Source of the DNA: Oscillospiraceae bacterium
GTDB taxonomy: Bacteria > Bacillota > Clostridia > Oscillospirales > Oscillospiraceae
Direction of reading: 5' to 3'
NCBI GenBank assembly: GCA_020025425.1
Contig: JAHHSD010000004.1
Span: 1,940 to 65,939 of the forward strand
DNA length: 64,000 nt
In this document: positions 39,522 through 51,099 of the stretch, piece after piece
How the letters are laid out: each line of letters opens with the position of its first letter
How positions within the stretch are numbered: position 1 is the stretch's first letter
Made by a program: the position numbers and the translations under genes
The notes under the pieces: generated by a model
Told to the model about the DNA's origin: nothing
Seen by the model: the letters and a program-made list of their open reading frames with translations, nothing else
The model's database searches: none

Positions 39522-40916
39522 TCAGAACTCCGCGTTGCCCACAGTGCGGGGGTGGAGCTCCACGTCGCGGATGTTGTTGATGCCGGTGAGGTACATGACC
39601 ATGCGCTCGAAGCCCAGGCCGAAGCCGGCGTGGCGGCAGGAGCCGTAGCGGCGCAGGTCGCAGTACCACCAGTAATCCTTGGGGTCCATGCCCAGCTCCT
39701 TGATGCGGCCCTCCAGCACGTCGATGCGCTCCTCACGCTGGGAGCCGCCGATGATCTCGCCGATGCCGGGGACCAGGCAGTCTGCGGCGGCAACGGTCTT
39801 GCCGTCGTCGTTCTGGCGCATATAGAAGGCCTTGATCTCCTTGGGGTAGTCGGTGACAAAGACGGGGCGCTTGTAGACCTTCTCGGTCAAATAGCGCTCG
39901 TGCTCGGTCTGCAGGTCCACGCCCCACTCCACCTTGTAGTCAAACTCGTCGTTGTGCTCCTTCAGAATCTCCACGGCCTCGGTGTAGCTCACCCGGCCGA
40001 AGTCGGAGCTGGCCACATGCTCCAGCCGCTCCTTCAGGCCCTTGTCCACAAAGGAGTTGAAGAAGTTGATCTCGTCGGGGCAGCGCTCCATGACAAAGCG
40101 GATGATATACTTGATCATGTCCTCGGCGCAGTTCATATAGTCGGTCAGGTCGGCGAAGGCCATCTCGGGCTCCACCATCCAGAACTCGGCGGCGTGGCGG
40201 GCGGTGTTGGAGTTCTCGGCCCGGAAGGTGGGGCCGAAGGTGTACACATCGCCGAAGGCCATGGCGAAGTTCTCGCAGTTGAGCTGGCCGGACACGGTCA
40301 GGCTGGTCTTTTTGCCAAAGAAGTCCTTGGAGTAGTCCACCTTGCCGTCCTCGGTGCGGGGGAGGTCGTTCATGTCCAGGGTGGTCACCTGGAACATTTC
40401 GCCGGCGCCCTCGCAGTCAGAGCCGGTGATGATGGGGGTGTGGACATAGACGAAGCCGCGGTCCTGGAAGAAGCAGTGGATGGCGTGGGCGGCCACGGAG
40501 CGCACCCGGAAGGCGGCGGAGAACAGATTGGTTCTGGGGCGCAGGTGCTGGATGGTGCGCAGGAATTCCACGCTGTGGCGCTTCTTCTGAAGGGGGTAGT
40601 CGGGGGCGGACACGCCCTCCACCACGATCTTGTCGGCCTTGATCTCCAGGGGCTGCTTGGCCTCGGGGGTCAGCACCACGGTGCCGGTGACGATGAGGGC
40701 GGCGCCCACGTTCTGGCCGGCGATCTCCTTATAGTTCTCCACAACGCCGGCGTCCATAACCACCTGGAGGTTCTTGAAGCAGGAGCCGTCGTTCAGCTCC
40801 ACAAAGCCGAAGGTCTTCATGTCCCGGATGGTCCGGGCCCAGCCGCAGACCGTGACGGTCTGGCCGCCCAGCTTTTCCTGGTCGGCAAAGATCGCGGCAA
40901 TGGTAATACGATCCAT
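39522..40916 (-). CDS. asnS: Asparagine--tRNA ligase
   Basis: [41 protein letters not shown]. Confidence 0.97.
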   Translation of the reverse strand: MDRITIAAIFADQEKLGGQTVTVCGWARTIRDMKTFGFVELNDGSCFKNLQVVMDAGVVENYKEIAGQNVGAALIVTGTVVLTPEAKQPLEIKADKIVVEGVSAPDYPLQKKRHSVEFLRTIQHLRPRTNLFSAAFRVRSVAAHAIHCFFQDRGFVYVHTPIITGSDCEGAGEMFQVTTLDMNDLPRTEDGKVDYSKDFFGKKTSLTVSGQLNCENFAMAFGDVYTFGPTFRAENSNTARHAAEFWMVEPEMAFADLTDYMNCAEDMIKYIIRFVMERCPDEINFFNSFVDKGLKERLEHVASSDFGRVSYTEAVEILKEHNDEFDYKVEWGVDLQTEHERYLTEKVYKRPVFVTDYPKEIKAFYMRQNDDGKTVAAADCLVPGIGEIIGGSQREERIDVLEGRIKELGMDPKDYWWYCDLRRYGSCRHAGFGLGFERMVMYLTGINNIRDVELHPRTVGNAEF

Positions 40917-41125
40917 AGTTCTCTCTCCATCTCTTAACAATATTTCGCGCGGAAAACTCCGCCCGGAGCTTCGATCCGACTGCTCATCCCGCCCGCGGGA
41001 CCGCAGTGTTCAGTAAGCTATTATTATAGATGATTTTTAGGGGTTTTACAAGGGCCGCGGACAAATCTGTCCGCATTCTACACCCGATTCTCCCCCCGAA
41101 AACAGGGATTTTCCCCGGATAAAAG

Positions 41126-41164
41126 GAACATTTGTTTGACTTTTTTCAGGAAGTGTGCTATACT
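41126..41164 (+). promoter_or_regulatory. lexA promoter with overlapping SOS (Cheo-like) box
   Basis: GAACatttGTTT (one mismatch to GAAC-N4-GTTC) overlapping TTGACT-17 nt-TATACT. Confidence 0.7.
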
Positions 41165-41245
41165 CATGCTGTTAAAACCTGTCTATTTTTCCACTTGACT
41201 GACGTGATCGCTTTCCAGCCGACCCACTGAGAAAGGAGCCCCGCC

Positions 41246-41860
41246 ATGGCACAGCTCACTGCCAAGCAACAGCAGATCTACGATTATATCGTTGACTTTA
41301 CCACCCAGCACGGCTATCCCCCCTCGGTGCGGGAGATCGGGGCCGGACTGGGTCTGAAATCCCCCTCCACCGTCCATTTCCACATCAAGAGCCTGGTCGA
41401 GGCCGGGGTGCTGGTCAGGGAGGCCGGAAAGACCCGGGCCATCACGGTGCCCGGCGTCCCCACTCAGGTGGCGGAGGAGCAGGACCCCCGGGCCAATCAG
41501 GTGCCGGTGGTGGGCAGCGTGGCTGCCGGCTCCCCCATCCTGGCGGAGGAGTGCATCGAGGACTACCTCACCTTCGACACCCACGGACTGACCGGTGAGC
41601 ACTTCGCCCTGCGGGTGCGGGGGGAGTCCATGATCAACGCCGGCATCCTGCCCGGCGACCTGGTGGTGGTCCACCGCCAGCCCGAGGCCCACAGCGGCGA
41701 GATCGTGGTGGCCCTTTTCGAGGACGAGGCCACCGTCAAAACCCTGCGTATCCAGGACGGAGAGACCTGGCTCATGCCCGCCAACGATGAATTCCAGCCC
41801 ATCGACGGCACCGACGCCGTCATTCTTGGCAAGGTTGTGGCCGTGGTCCGCCGCTATTGA
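41246..41860 (+). CDS. lexA: SOS repressor LexA
   Basis: YPPSVREI, VAAG cleavage site, GESM catalytic Ser, ATVK catalytic Lys. Confidence 0.96.
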   Translation: MAQLTAKQQQIYDYIVDFTTQHGYPPSVREIGAGLGLKSPSTVHFHIKSLVEAGVLVREAGKTRAITVPGVPTQVAEEQDPRANQVPVVGSVAAGSPILAEECIEDYLTFDTHGLTGEHFALRVRGESMINAGILPGDLVVVHRQPEAHSGEIVVALFEDEATVKTLRIQDGETWLMPANDEFQPIDGTDAVILGKVVAVVRRY

Positions 41861-41910
41861 GAATAAATTCACAAAAAGTGCGAAAAAGCGAAAATTCCCC
41901 GGATTATCTC

Positions 41911-42014
41911 TTGACAATCCGGGGATTTCTTATATAATAATAGGGCCTGTCTATTAAGGCAGATGAATCCTTGCTCCCGAGGAACATCGGGGGCCAAATG
42001 TCCATAAGGAGGTG
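41911..42014 (+). promoter_or_regulatory. rpsF promoter and probable S6:S18 ribosomal-protein leader
   Basis: TTGACA-16 nt-TATAAT, then stem ccttgctccc...ggggcc...aaggagg enclosing the SD. Confidence 0.6.
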
Positions 42015-42021
42015 CAAGAAT

Positions 42022-42318
42022 ATGGCAAAGATTACTGCGAACTACGAGGCTGTCTACATCCTGAATCCCAGCCTGAGCGAGGAGGCTATCGCCGAGCTGG
42101 TGGCCAAGTTCAAGGGTGTGGTCGAGAACAACGGTACTGTGACCGAGGTTGACGAGTGGGGCAAGCGCCGTCTGGCCTATCCCATCAACGACCTGATGGA
42201 GGGTTATTACGTGCTGATGACCTTCAACTCCGCTGCCGCTGTCCCCGCTGAGCTGGATCGTATCTTCCGGATCACCGATAGCGTGATGCGTTCCCTGATC
42301 ATCTGCAAGGATCAGTAA
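42022..42318 (+). CDS. rpsF: 30S ribosomal protein S6
   Basis: YEAVYILNP, WGKRRLAYPI, EGYY. Confidence 0.96.
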   Translation: MAKITANYEAVYILNPSLSEEAIAELVAKFKGVVENNGTVTEVDEWGKRRLAYPINDLMEGYYVLMTFNSAAAVPAELDRIFRITDSVMRSLIICKDQ

Positions 42319-42332
42319 GGGAGGGCTGAGCG

Positions 42333-42830
42333 ATGCTCAATCGAATCATCCTCATGGGTCGTCTGACCCGTGACCCCGAGCTCCGGCACACCCAGACGGG
42401 GACCGCTGTGGCCTCCTTCACTCTGGCTGTGGACCGGGACTTTAAGGACCGGAACTCCGGCGAGCGCGCCTGCGACTTCATTGATGTGGTCGCCTGGCGT
42501 CAGACCGGCGAGTTTGTCAGCCGCTACTTCACCAAGGGCCGCATGGCTGTGGTGGAGGGCCGTCTGCAGATCCGCGACTGGACCGACCGTGACGGCGGCA
42601 AGCGCCGCTCCGCCGAGGTTATTGCGGATAACGTCTACTTTGGCGACTCCAAGCGGGACGCCGAGGGCGGCGACTCCTACGCTTCCGGTTTCTCCGGCGG
42701 TTATTCCGCCCCTGCCGGCGGCAGCGGCTCCTATTCCGCTCCCGCCCAGAACTCCGGCTACGGCGCCCCCTCCATGGGCGGCGACCAGTTTGCCGAACTG
42801 ACTGATGATGATGGTGAGCTCCCCTTCTAA
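42333..42830 (+). CDS. ssb: Single-stranded DNA-binding protein
   Basis: MLNRIILMGRLTRDPELR; C-terminal DDGELPF. Confidence 0.97.
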   Translation: MLNRIILMGRLTRDPELRHTQTGTAVASFTLAVDRDFKDRNSGERACDFIDVVAWRQTGEFVSRYFTKGRMAVVEGRLQIRDWTDRDGGKRRSAEVIADNVYFGDSKRDAEGGDSYASGFSGGYSAPAGGSGSYSAPAQNSGYGAPSMGGDQFAELTDDDGELPF

Positions 42831-42885
42831 AGGGTCTCGCCCAATACTTTGACCGGATATGGTCGTAAAAAGGAGGTTATCTCTC

Positions 42886-43131
42886 ATGGCTATGGATCGT
42901 GATAACAGAGCTCCCCGCGGCCGCAAGCGCCGTAAGGTCTGCGCCTTCTGCGCCGACAAGGTGGAGTGCATTGATTACAAGGATGCCGCCAAGCTGCGCC
43001 GCTTCATTTCTGAGCGCGGCAAGATCCTGCCCCGCCGCACTACCGGCACCTGCGCCATGCACCAGCGTCAGCTGACCGAGGCCATCAAGCGTTCTCGTCA
43101 GATCGCTCTGCTGCCCTACGTCACCGACTGA
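42886..43131 (+). CDS. rpsR: 30S ribosomal protein S18
   Basis: [22 protein letters not shown]. Confidence 0.97.
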   Translation: MAMDRDNRAPRGRKRRKVCAFCADKVECIDYKDAAKLRRFISERGKILPRRTTGTCAMHQRQLTEAIKRSRQIALLPYVTD

Positions 43132-43146
43132 TTTCGTGCTGACTTC

Positions 43147-43177
43147 AAATCCCCTTCCCAACGGAAGGGGATTTTTT
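43147..43177 (+). terminator. Terminator of rpsF-ssb-rpsR
   Basis: aaatccccttcc...ggaaggggatttttt. Confidence 0.85.
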
Positions 43178-43211
43178 CATCCCGATTTTTCCCTCAGGGC
43201 CGGTCCGGCGG

Positions 43212-43241
43212 GAATATCCCCGGCGGCGGGCGGGCAAACTA
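43212..43241 (+). promoter_or_regulatory. Putative SigF/SigG promoter
   Basis: GAATA-15 nt-GGGCAAACTA. Confidence 0.55.
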
Positions 43242-43287
43242 TTCCTAAGCTCGGGCGCAGCCGCGCCCCGGAAAGGAAGTGGACCAC

Positions 43288-43566
43288 ATGGTCAAAGGAA
43301 GCACCCGCCAGGTCATCCTGGTCAAGTCCCCCGACCCGGACTTTTTTGAGGAGGCCATCTTTATTGTGAAGGACGAAGCCGTCCAGCGGGAGGGCGTCAC
43401 CACGGAGCAGGTCATCCGTCAGGCCCGCCAGGCCGCCGACGGCTATCTGAAGGGCTGCCGACCCAAATCAGAGGGGGACGACTGGCTGTCCGGCGTTGCC
43501 TGGGGGGTATTGGGGGCCGTGCTGGCCTCCCTTGTCTGGTGCCTGATCCTGTGCTGGCCCGCATGA
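43288..43566 (+). CDS. Small hypothetical protein with C-terminal TM
   Basis: SD gaaagga; MVKGSTRQVILVKSPDPDFFEEAIFIVK...; own terminator at about 43583-43623. Confidence 0.75.
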   Translation: MVKGSTRQVILVKSPDPDFFEEAIFIVKDEAVQREGVTTEQVIRQARQAADGYLKGCRPKSEGDDWLSGVAWGVLGAVLASLVWCLILCWPA

Positions 43567-43679
43567 GGCGAACAACGGAAAGAAGGGGACCGCAGGACGA
43601 TCAAGGTCTTGCGGTCCCCTTTTGCGCGGTATCACCGGGGAAGCTGCACTTCAAAGCTGCTCCGCACCCGGCTGTAAAA

Positions 43680-43717
43680 TAAGCCGTACAAAGGCCCTTG
43701 GCCTTTGTACGGCTTAT
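43680..43717 (-). terminator. Terminator of htrA
   Basis: taagccgtacaaaggcc...ggcctttgtacggctta. Confidence 0.8.
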
Positions 43718-43737
43718 GTTTATTGATCCGGATCGGC

Positions 43738-45093
43738 TCAGAAGAAGCCGCCGAAGATCCAGGGGAAGAAGGAGTCGCTGCTGGGGCCCTGCTGGGGCAC
43801 CCGCTGCGGGACCTGCTGCTGAGGCGCCTGCTCCGGCTGCTGATTGGCCGCCTCGGTCTCCTGGTTTTTCTCGTCAAAGACCAGGTTCAGCTCCACCTCG
43901 CCCACATCCGGGCGCACCACGGTGAGCTTGACCTTGTCCCCGGCCCGATAGCTGGACACGGCCGCACTGAGGGCGGAGGGGGAGTCGATGGCGGTGTCCT
44001 CCATCTTCACGATGATATCCTTCGTCTTGATGCCGGCCTTCTCGGCGGCAGAGCCCTCAGCCACAAAGGTGACCAGCACACCGGCGGGAACGCCATAGCG
44101 CTGGGCGTCCTCCGAAACGGGGGCCATCTGAATGCCCATGTAGGGCTTGTCGGTGACATATCCGTGCTGGATCAGCTCGGGAATGATGGACTTCACATCG
44201 TTGATGGGGATGGCAAAGCCCAGGCCCTCGGCGGAGGTGCCGGAGGAGGAGCTGCTGTACTTGGCAGTGTTGATGCCGATGACCTCGCCGTAGCGGTTGA
44301 ACAGCGGCCCGCCGGAGTTGCCGGGATTGATGGCGCAGTTGGTCTGGAGCATGTTCAGGGTCACCTCACGGCTGGTGGAGATCAGGCGGTCCAGGGCGGA
44401 CACCATGCCGTCGGTGAAGGTGTAGGTCAGCTCGCCCAGGGGATTGCCGATGGCGTACACGGGCTCGCCCACCTTGATCTGGTCCGAGTCGCCCAGGACC
44501 ACAGGGGTCAGGCCGCTGGCCTCGATCTTCAAAACGGCCACGTCGTTGCCCGGCTCCCCGCCCATCAGCTTGGCGGGGTACTTGGTGCCGTCCGCAAAGG
44601 CCACCTCGATGTCCACCGACTCGTCGGCCGCAGCGCTCTGGATGACGTGGAAGTTGGTCAGGATATATCCATCCTGGGAAATGACAAAGCCGGACCCGGT
44701 GGCCGCGGAGGTGGTGGGCTGGCCGAAAATATTCACCATGGTGGTGGAGACGGTGATGCCCACGCAGGAATCCAGGTTGGCGGCGTAGAGCTGCTCGGGG
44801 GTCATGGCCTTGCCCTTTTCGGTGTGGGCCATGGGGTCGGCGGAGACGTGCTGGTTCTGATAGACCACAGACGGAGCCTTGTTAAAGTGGCTGTATGCCG
44901 CCGCTCCGCCCACGCCGGCCGCTCCGCCCAGCAGGGCACAGCTCAGTACCAGAGCAACTGCGCGGCGATCCAGTCCCTTCTTGGGCTCCTTGGGCTTTTC
45001 CTCCTGGGGGTTGTCGCTGTAATCGCCGAAACCTCCGCTGTAACTGCTGTTCTGACTATTATAAAATTGGAAGTTTTCGTCCTCTGGGTACAT
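43738..45093 (-). CDS. htrA: HtrA/DegP family serine protease with PDZ domain
   Basis: TGSGF, TNFHV, DVAVLK, NPGNSGGPL, C-terminal PDZ; N-terminal TM. Confidence 0.92.
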   Translation of the reverse strand: MYPEDENFQFYNSQNSSYSGGFGDYSDNPQEEKPKEPKKGLDRRAVALVLSCALLGGAAGVGGAAAYSHFNKAPSVVYQNQHVSADPMAHTEKGKAMTPEQLYAANLDSCVGITVSTTMVNIFGQPTTSAATGSGFVISQDGYILTNFHVIQSAAADESVDIEVAFADGTKYPAKLMGGEPGNDVAVLKIEASGLTPVVLGDSDQIKVGEPVYAIGNPLGELTYTFTDGMVSALDRLISTSREVTLNMLQTNCAINPGNSGGPLFNRYGEVIGINTAKYSSSSSGTSAEGLGFAIPINDVKSIIPELIQHGYVTDKPYMGIQMAPVSEDAQRYGVPAGVLVTFVAEGSAAEKAGIKTKDIIVKMEDTAIDSPSALSAAVSSYRAGDKVKLTVVRPDVGEVELNLVFDEKNQETEAANQQPEQAPQQQVPQRVPQQGPSSDSFFPWIFGGFF

Positions 45094-45228
45094 ACTGGAC
45101 ACTCCTTTTAACCAAAAATATGACGCTTGGGCTCATTCCCCTGACGCTGGATATAGCATAGCTCACGTTTATGAAGAAAAAATGAAGAAAAAAACGTATT
45201 TTTTTGAATTCTTTCTTTCCGGGCGATC

Positions 45229-46386
45229 TTATAGCTCGGTCCGCTCCCGCAGCACGGCGGCAATATCCCACACAGCGGTGGTCACATCCGCGCGGATGCC
45301 GCTGAAAATGCCCAGTCCAGCCAGATTGATGATCACCAGGGCCAGAATGGGGCCCAAGATCATGCCGATCACACCGCCCAGCTTCATACCAACATAGATG
45401 CTGACCAGGGACAGCAGGGGGGACAGTCCGGTCTGATTTCCCACAAACTTAGGCTCCGCCACCCGGCGGAACAGGACTACGATGCCCCAAATCACCATCA
45501 GGCCAATGGCGGTGGAGTAGTCCTGGGTAAACAGGGCGATAAAAGCCCACGGCACCATGATGGTTCCGGAACCGATAATAGGAATAAAATCCATAACCGC
45601 CAATCCCAGCGCCAGCAGCAGGGCATAATTCTGACCAATAACATAGAATCCACCTGCCAGGATGAAGAACACCCCCACCGAGAGGAGAAGCTCCGCCCGC
45701 AGATAGCCGCCAAAGGCGGCCAGCGCGGTTGAGCGCACCTGCTTCAGGAAATGGAGCAGACGCTCATCCGTGTGCTGAATGGCCCGTGTGCGCAGATAGG
45801 GATAGTCGGCGGTAATGAAATAGGACGCGATAATAAACATCAGAAGCGCCAGCAGGAAGGCAGGCAGCTGTACCGCTTTTTCCTTAAAAACATTGGCTAT
45901 GGCCACCAACCCGTCATAGGCCGCGCCCTGGAGCCAATTCATCACATGCTCATTGGCCGTATCCAGCAACTCGGTGATCTGGGGCGGAACCAGGGAGAAA
46001 AACCGTGCCAGGAACAGTTCCGCCTGATTGGCGATCTTCTGCGCATTCTCCAGCAGACCGGGCCAGTTCTGGGCCAGGGACATCAGCTCCGTGCCCGCGC
46101 CGTAGACCAGCAGAAAGAGCATGCCGCCCAGCAGTGTGAACAATAAAATCAATACCAAAAGGGACAGCAGTCTCCTGTTCCACCCCAGCTTGCGCTGCAC
46201 CCACCGCACCAGAGGATTGAGCAGAATGGCCATGATCAGCGCCACGATAAAGGGAGCAAACAGGGACCAGAGGGGGGGAGCCAGCTTGGCCAGGATCACA
46301 CAGGTCAGGACGAACAGCACAATCCGCAGTCCCAATCGGAACCACAGCTGCCCCCGTTCAGACCAGGTCAGCAGTTCACGTCGCAT
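45229..46386 (-). CDS. ytvI: Sporulation integral membrane protein YtvI (AI-2E family)
   Basis: DFIPIIGSG..MVPW, EPKFVG..GLSPL, GMILGP. Confidence 0.8.
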   Translation of the reverse strand: MRRELLTWSERGQLWFRLGLRIVLFVLTCVILAKLAPPLWSLFAPFIVALIMAILLNPLVRWVQRKLGWNRRLLSLLVLILLFTLLGGMLFLLVYGAGTELMSLAQNWPGLLENAQKIANQAELFLARFFSLVPPQITELLDTANEHVMNWLQGAAYDGLVAIANVFKEKAVQLPAFLLALLMFIIASYFITADYPYLRTRAIQHTDERLLHFLKQVRSTALAAFGGYLRAELLLSVGVFFILAGGFYVIGQNYALLLALGLAVMDFIPIIGSGTIMVPWAFIALFTQDYSTAIGLMVIWGIVVLFRRVAEPKFVGNQTGLSPLLSLVSIYVGMKLGGVIGMILGPILALVIINLAGLGIFSGIRADVTTAVWDIAAVLRERTEL

Positions 46387-46532
46387 AGAAGGAGCCTCCC
46401 GTGAAAATAAATTTGAGTATTTAGAGCATAACACAAAAAAATGAATAATGTGTAAAATTCATCGCACTACACCGGCAAGCCTCAAAATTTTTCCACACAG
46501 ATGGGGCTGCCCGTGGAAAAACGGACAGGCCG

Positions 46533-46561
46533 TCATAACACTTCCCCCCGCCGCATAGTAT
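46533..46561 (+). promoter_or_regulatory. Putative SigE promoter of spoIIP
   Basis: tcATA-16 nt-CATAGTAT. Confidence 0.55.
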
Positions 46562-46598
46562 GTCTGTGTCCAGATACGGGCAGGGAGGGAGAACCGGG

Positions 46599-47771
46599 AT
46601 GAACAGAAGAAAACCGACAGGAACAGCGCTGCGGCTGGTGCGCCGGGGTGTGGCACTGGCTATGGCACTCATCACCATATGGACGGTGTGGCTGACGGCG
46701 GGCACTTCGATCATGCCCCCATGGCTGGAGCTGGAGGAGAATCCGGACTTCGCCGTGGGTGTGATGGCGGCCCAGCTGGGCCGACCCATCGACAAGACTC
46801 CAGCTTTGGAGGGTCTGGATCTCTGGGGGCAATTTTTGCTGCGTCAATCCGCCCTGCTCCGCATACCGCTGCCTCCCAAGGCCGACTCCGACCCAATCAC
46901 CGCCCCTCTGCCTCTGCCCGAGGACCCTGCTCAAGGGGATGCGGACGACCGGCAGGAACACCAGCTGGACAGTACACCCCAACCAAATGTTGTAACTTAT
47001 ACGGCCCCCAGCCGCCAGGCGGATGTGACCCTGCCCGAGCGGGGGCTGGCCGTGAAAAATGTGACTAAGCAGGAGCTTGACCTGGCCGCTCTGGCCGCGC
47101 AGCCGGTGGCCCTGGACCCGGCCCACAGCCCGGGCCCCCAAATTCTCATCTACCACACCCACGGCAGCGAGGCCTACACCCAGACCGACCAGAACCGCTA
47201 CACAGAGAGCGACGCCTACCGCACCACAGACTGCAATCACAACGTGGTCCGGGTGGGGGAGGAGATGGCTAAGGTGTTCCGCTCCCAGGGCTTTGAGGTG
47301 ATCCACGACCCCACGCTGTACGACTACCCCGCCTACAACGGCTCCTACGGCCGCTCCCGCGCCGGGGTAGAGAAGTGGCTGAAGCAGTACCCCTCCATTC
47401 AGTTTGCCCTGGACGTCCACCGGGACGCCCTGGTCAGCCAGGACGGGGCCGCCTACCGGTTTATCGCCCAGGAGGGGGACGAAAAGGTGGCCCAGGTCAT
47501 GCTGGTGGTGGGCAGCAGCGACTCGGGGGCGGCCCACCCCAACTGGAAATCCAATATGGCCCTGGCCGTCCGGCTCCAGCTGGCCCTCACCGCCCGGTAC
47601 CAGCAGCTGGCCCGGCCCATCACCCTGCGCTCCACCCGGTTCAACCAGGACATTGCGCCGGGTATTCTCCTGGTGGAGGTAGGGGGGCACGGAAACACCC
47701 TGGAGGAGGCCATCGCCGGAGCAAAGCTCTTCGCAAAAACCACCGGGGCCGCCCTGAAGGAGCTGAAGTGA
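46599..47771 (+). CDS. spoIIP: Stage II sporulation protein P
   Basis: ILIYHTHGSEAY, LDVHRD, RFNQ, LVEVGG..NT.EEA. Confidence 0.92.
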   Translation: MNRRKPTGTALRLVRRGVALAMALITIWTVWLTAGTSIMPPWLELEENPDFAVGVMAAQLGRPIDKTPALEGLDLWGQFLLRQSALLRIPLPPKADSDPITAPLPLPEDPAQGDADDRQEHQLDSTPQPNVVTYTAPSRQADVTLPERGLAVKNVTKQELDLAALAAQPVALDPAHSPGPQILIYHTHGSEAYTQTDQNRYTESDAYRTTDCNHNVVRVGEEMAKVFRSQGFEVIHDPTLYDYPAYNGSYGRSRAGVEKWLKQYPSIQFALDVHRDALVSQDGAAYRFIAQEGDEKVAQVMLVVGSSDSGAAHPNWKSNMALAVRLQLALTARYQQLARPITLRSTRFNQDIAPGILLVEVGGHGNTLEEAIAGAKLFAKTTGAALKELK

Positions 47772-47908
47772 GGGGGCGGAGGACCGCTCCCTTTTGAGCC
47801 CTGGTTAATTATTGTTCTGTTTTGTTAAATCCTCTTCAATTTCAATGGGCCTGAAACCGTGCTACAATAGAGCCTGCAAACAAAAGTAAGCCCAGGGAGG
47901 CAGGGACA

Positions 47909-48946
47909 ATGAACATCGGTGAAGTGATCCGTAAGCATAGAAAGGCCAGGGGCTGGACCCAGGAGACCCTGGCAAATTACCTGGGGGTGACCACCCCTGC
48001 GGTGAACAAATGGGAGAGCGGCAGCACCATGCCGGACATCACCCTTCTGGCCCCCATCGCCCGGCTGCTGGACGTATCTCTGGACGAGCTTCTCTCCTTT
48101 CGGGAGGAGCTGACCCAGGATGAGATCCGTGCGCTGGTCCGGACAGCGGAGCAGAAATTTGCTCAGGAGCCCTACGGCGCGGTGTTTCTCTGGGTCAGGG
48201 AGCAGATCCGGCTGTACCCCAACTGCGAGCCCCTGATCCACGCCCTGGCCCTGGAGCTGGAGGCGTACCGTCCGGCCCAGGAGTGCCCAGAGGGCCAGGA
48301 CTGGAACGCCTTTATCCTGAGCTGCCACGAGCGCCTGCTGGCCAGCCGGGAGGAGTCCATGCGCACGGCGGCGGCGGACGCCCTGTACAGGTACCATCTC
48401 CGCCGGGGGGAGTACGAAAAAGCAGGGTCCTATCTGGACTTTTTCTCCATGCAGAATCCGGAGCGGAAGCGGAAGAAGGCTGTCCTCTATGACAAAACCG
48501 GCCAGGCGGACAAGGCCTTCCAGACCTATGAGGAGCTGCTTCTGGCTGACTATCAGATCCTGTCCGCTGTATTCAGCAGCCTGTCTGACATGCAGCTCAA
48601 GTCCGGGGACCCGGGGCGGGCCCGTTACTATGTGGAGAAGAAGCAGGCCCTGGACCGGCTGTTTGAAATGGGAGACTATCTCCAATACATGGATGAGCTG
48701 GAGCTGGTCCAGGCGGAGCAGGACCGGGACAAGACTTTGGCCTGCGTGGAGGGGCTGCTGGCCCACATGGACAGCGTCCATGACTTTTATAAAGCTCCCC
48801 TCTACGCCCACATAGCCTTCAAGCCCGTGGACCCGGCCTTCGGGGAGGCTGTCCGGAACGGCATCCTGGAGGAACTGCGCGCGGAGACTGGCTTTTCCTA
48901 CATGGAGGGTGACCCACGCTGGGCCAGGCTGCTCGCTGCCTTATAG
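47909..48946 (+). CDS. XRE family HTH transcriptional regulator with helical (TPR-like) C-terminus
   Basis: WTQETLANYLGVTTPAVNKWESG.TMPDITLL. Confidence 0.85.
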   Translation: MNIGEVIRKHRKARGWTQETLANYLGVTTPAVNKWESGSTMPDITLLAPIARLLDVSLDELLSFREELTQDEIRALVRTAEQKFAQEPYGAVFLWVREQIRLYPNCEPLIHALALELEAYRPAQECPEGQDWNAFILSCHERLLASREESMRTAAADALYRYHLRRGEYEKAGSYLDFFSMQNPERKRKKAVLYDKTGQADKAFQTYEELLLADYQILSAVFSSLSDMQLKSGDPGRARYYVEKKQALDRLFEMGDYLQYMDELELVQAEQDRDKTLACVEGLLAHMDSVHDFYKAPLYAHIAFKPVDPAFGEAVRNGILEELRAETGFSYMEGDPRWARLLAAL

Positions 48947-48964
48947 GCCCTTTTTCTGCAAAAT

Positions 48965-49049
48965 TTATTCCTCGTCCAGTTTAAGCACCGCCATAAACGC
49001 CTCCGAGGGCAGCTGGACGGTACCCAGAGTACGCATCTTCTTTTTGCCC
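48965..49049 (-). repeat. Orphan second copy of the last 85 bp of lepA (direct repeat of 49217-49301)
   Basis: 79/85 identical by manual alignment; encodes [27 protein letters not shown]. Confidence 0.92.
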
Positions 49050-49216
49050 GACTTCCACAAAAGGGCGGGGCCTTTTGTGGGGCCCCCAAGGGATCAAAAT
49101 GCTCGGGGCAAGTGAATTGCCCCTGCGCCAAGGATTTTGCTCTGCAAAACCCTTGAACGGCGCAAAGCGCCGCCCCCGCTGTGCGGGGGTCAAGAGGGCT
49201 GCAAAAAAGATGCAGC
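49050..49216. mobile_element. Putative non-autonomous multi-hairpin element or integration scar at lepA 3' end
   Basis: Six short stem-loops, no credible ORF, bounded by the duplicated lepA end. Confidence 0.55.
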
Positions 49217-51025
<1,809 letters not shown>

Positions 51026-51099
51026 AATGGGAAACCTCCTTGGGAAGATTCACGGTCAAAGTCATGCAAATGGGGCAGAGCGCTCCTCTTTTGACGAGT

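Noticed and set aside
40917..41030. T-box upstream of asnS
   Set aside because: No T-box consensus (GGTGG.ACC) and the leader is too short
47909..48946. XRE gene as cargo of the lepA-integrated element
   Set aside because: It lies outside the two direct repeats, so the link is unsupported
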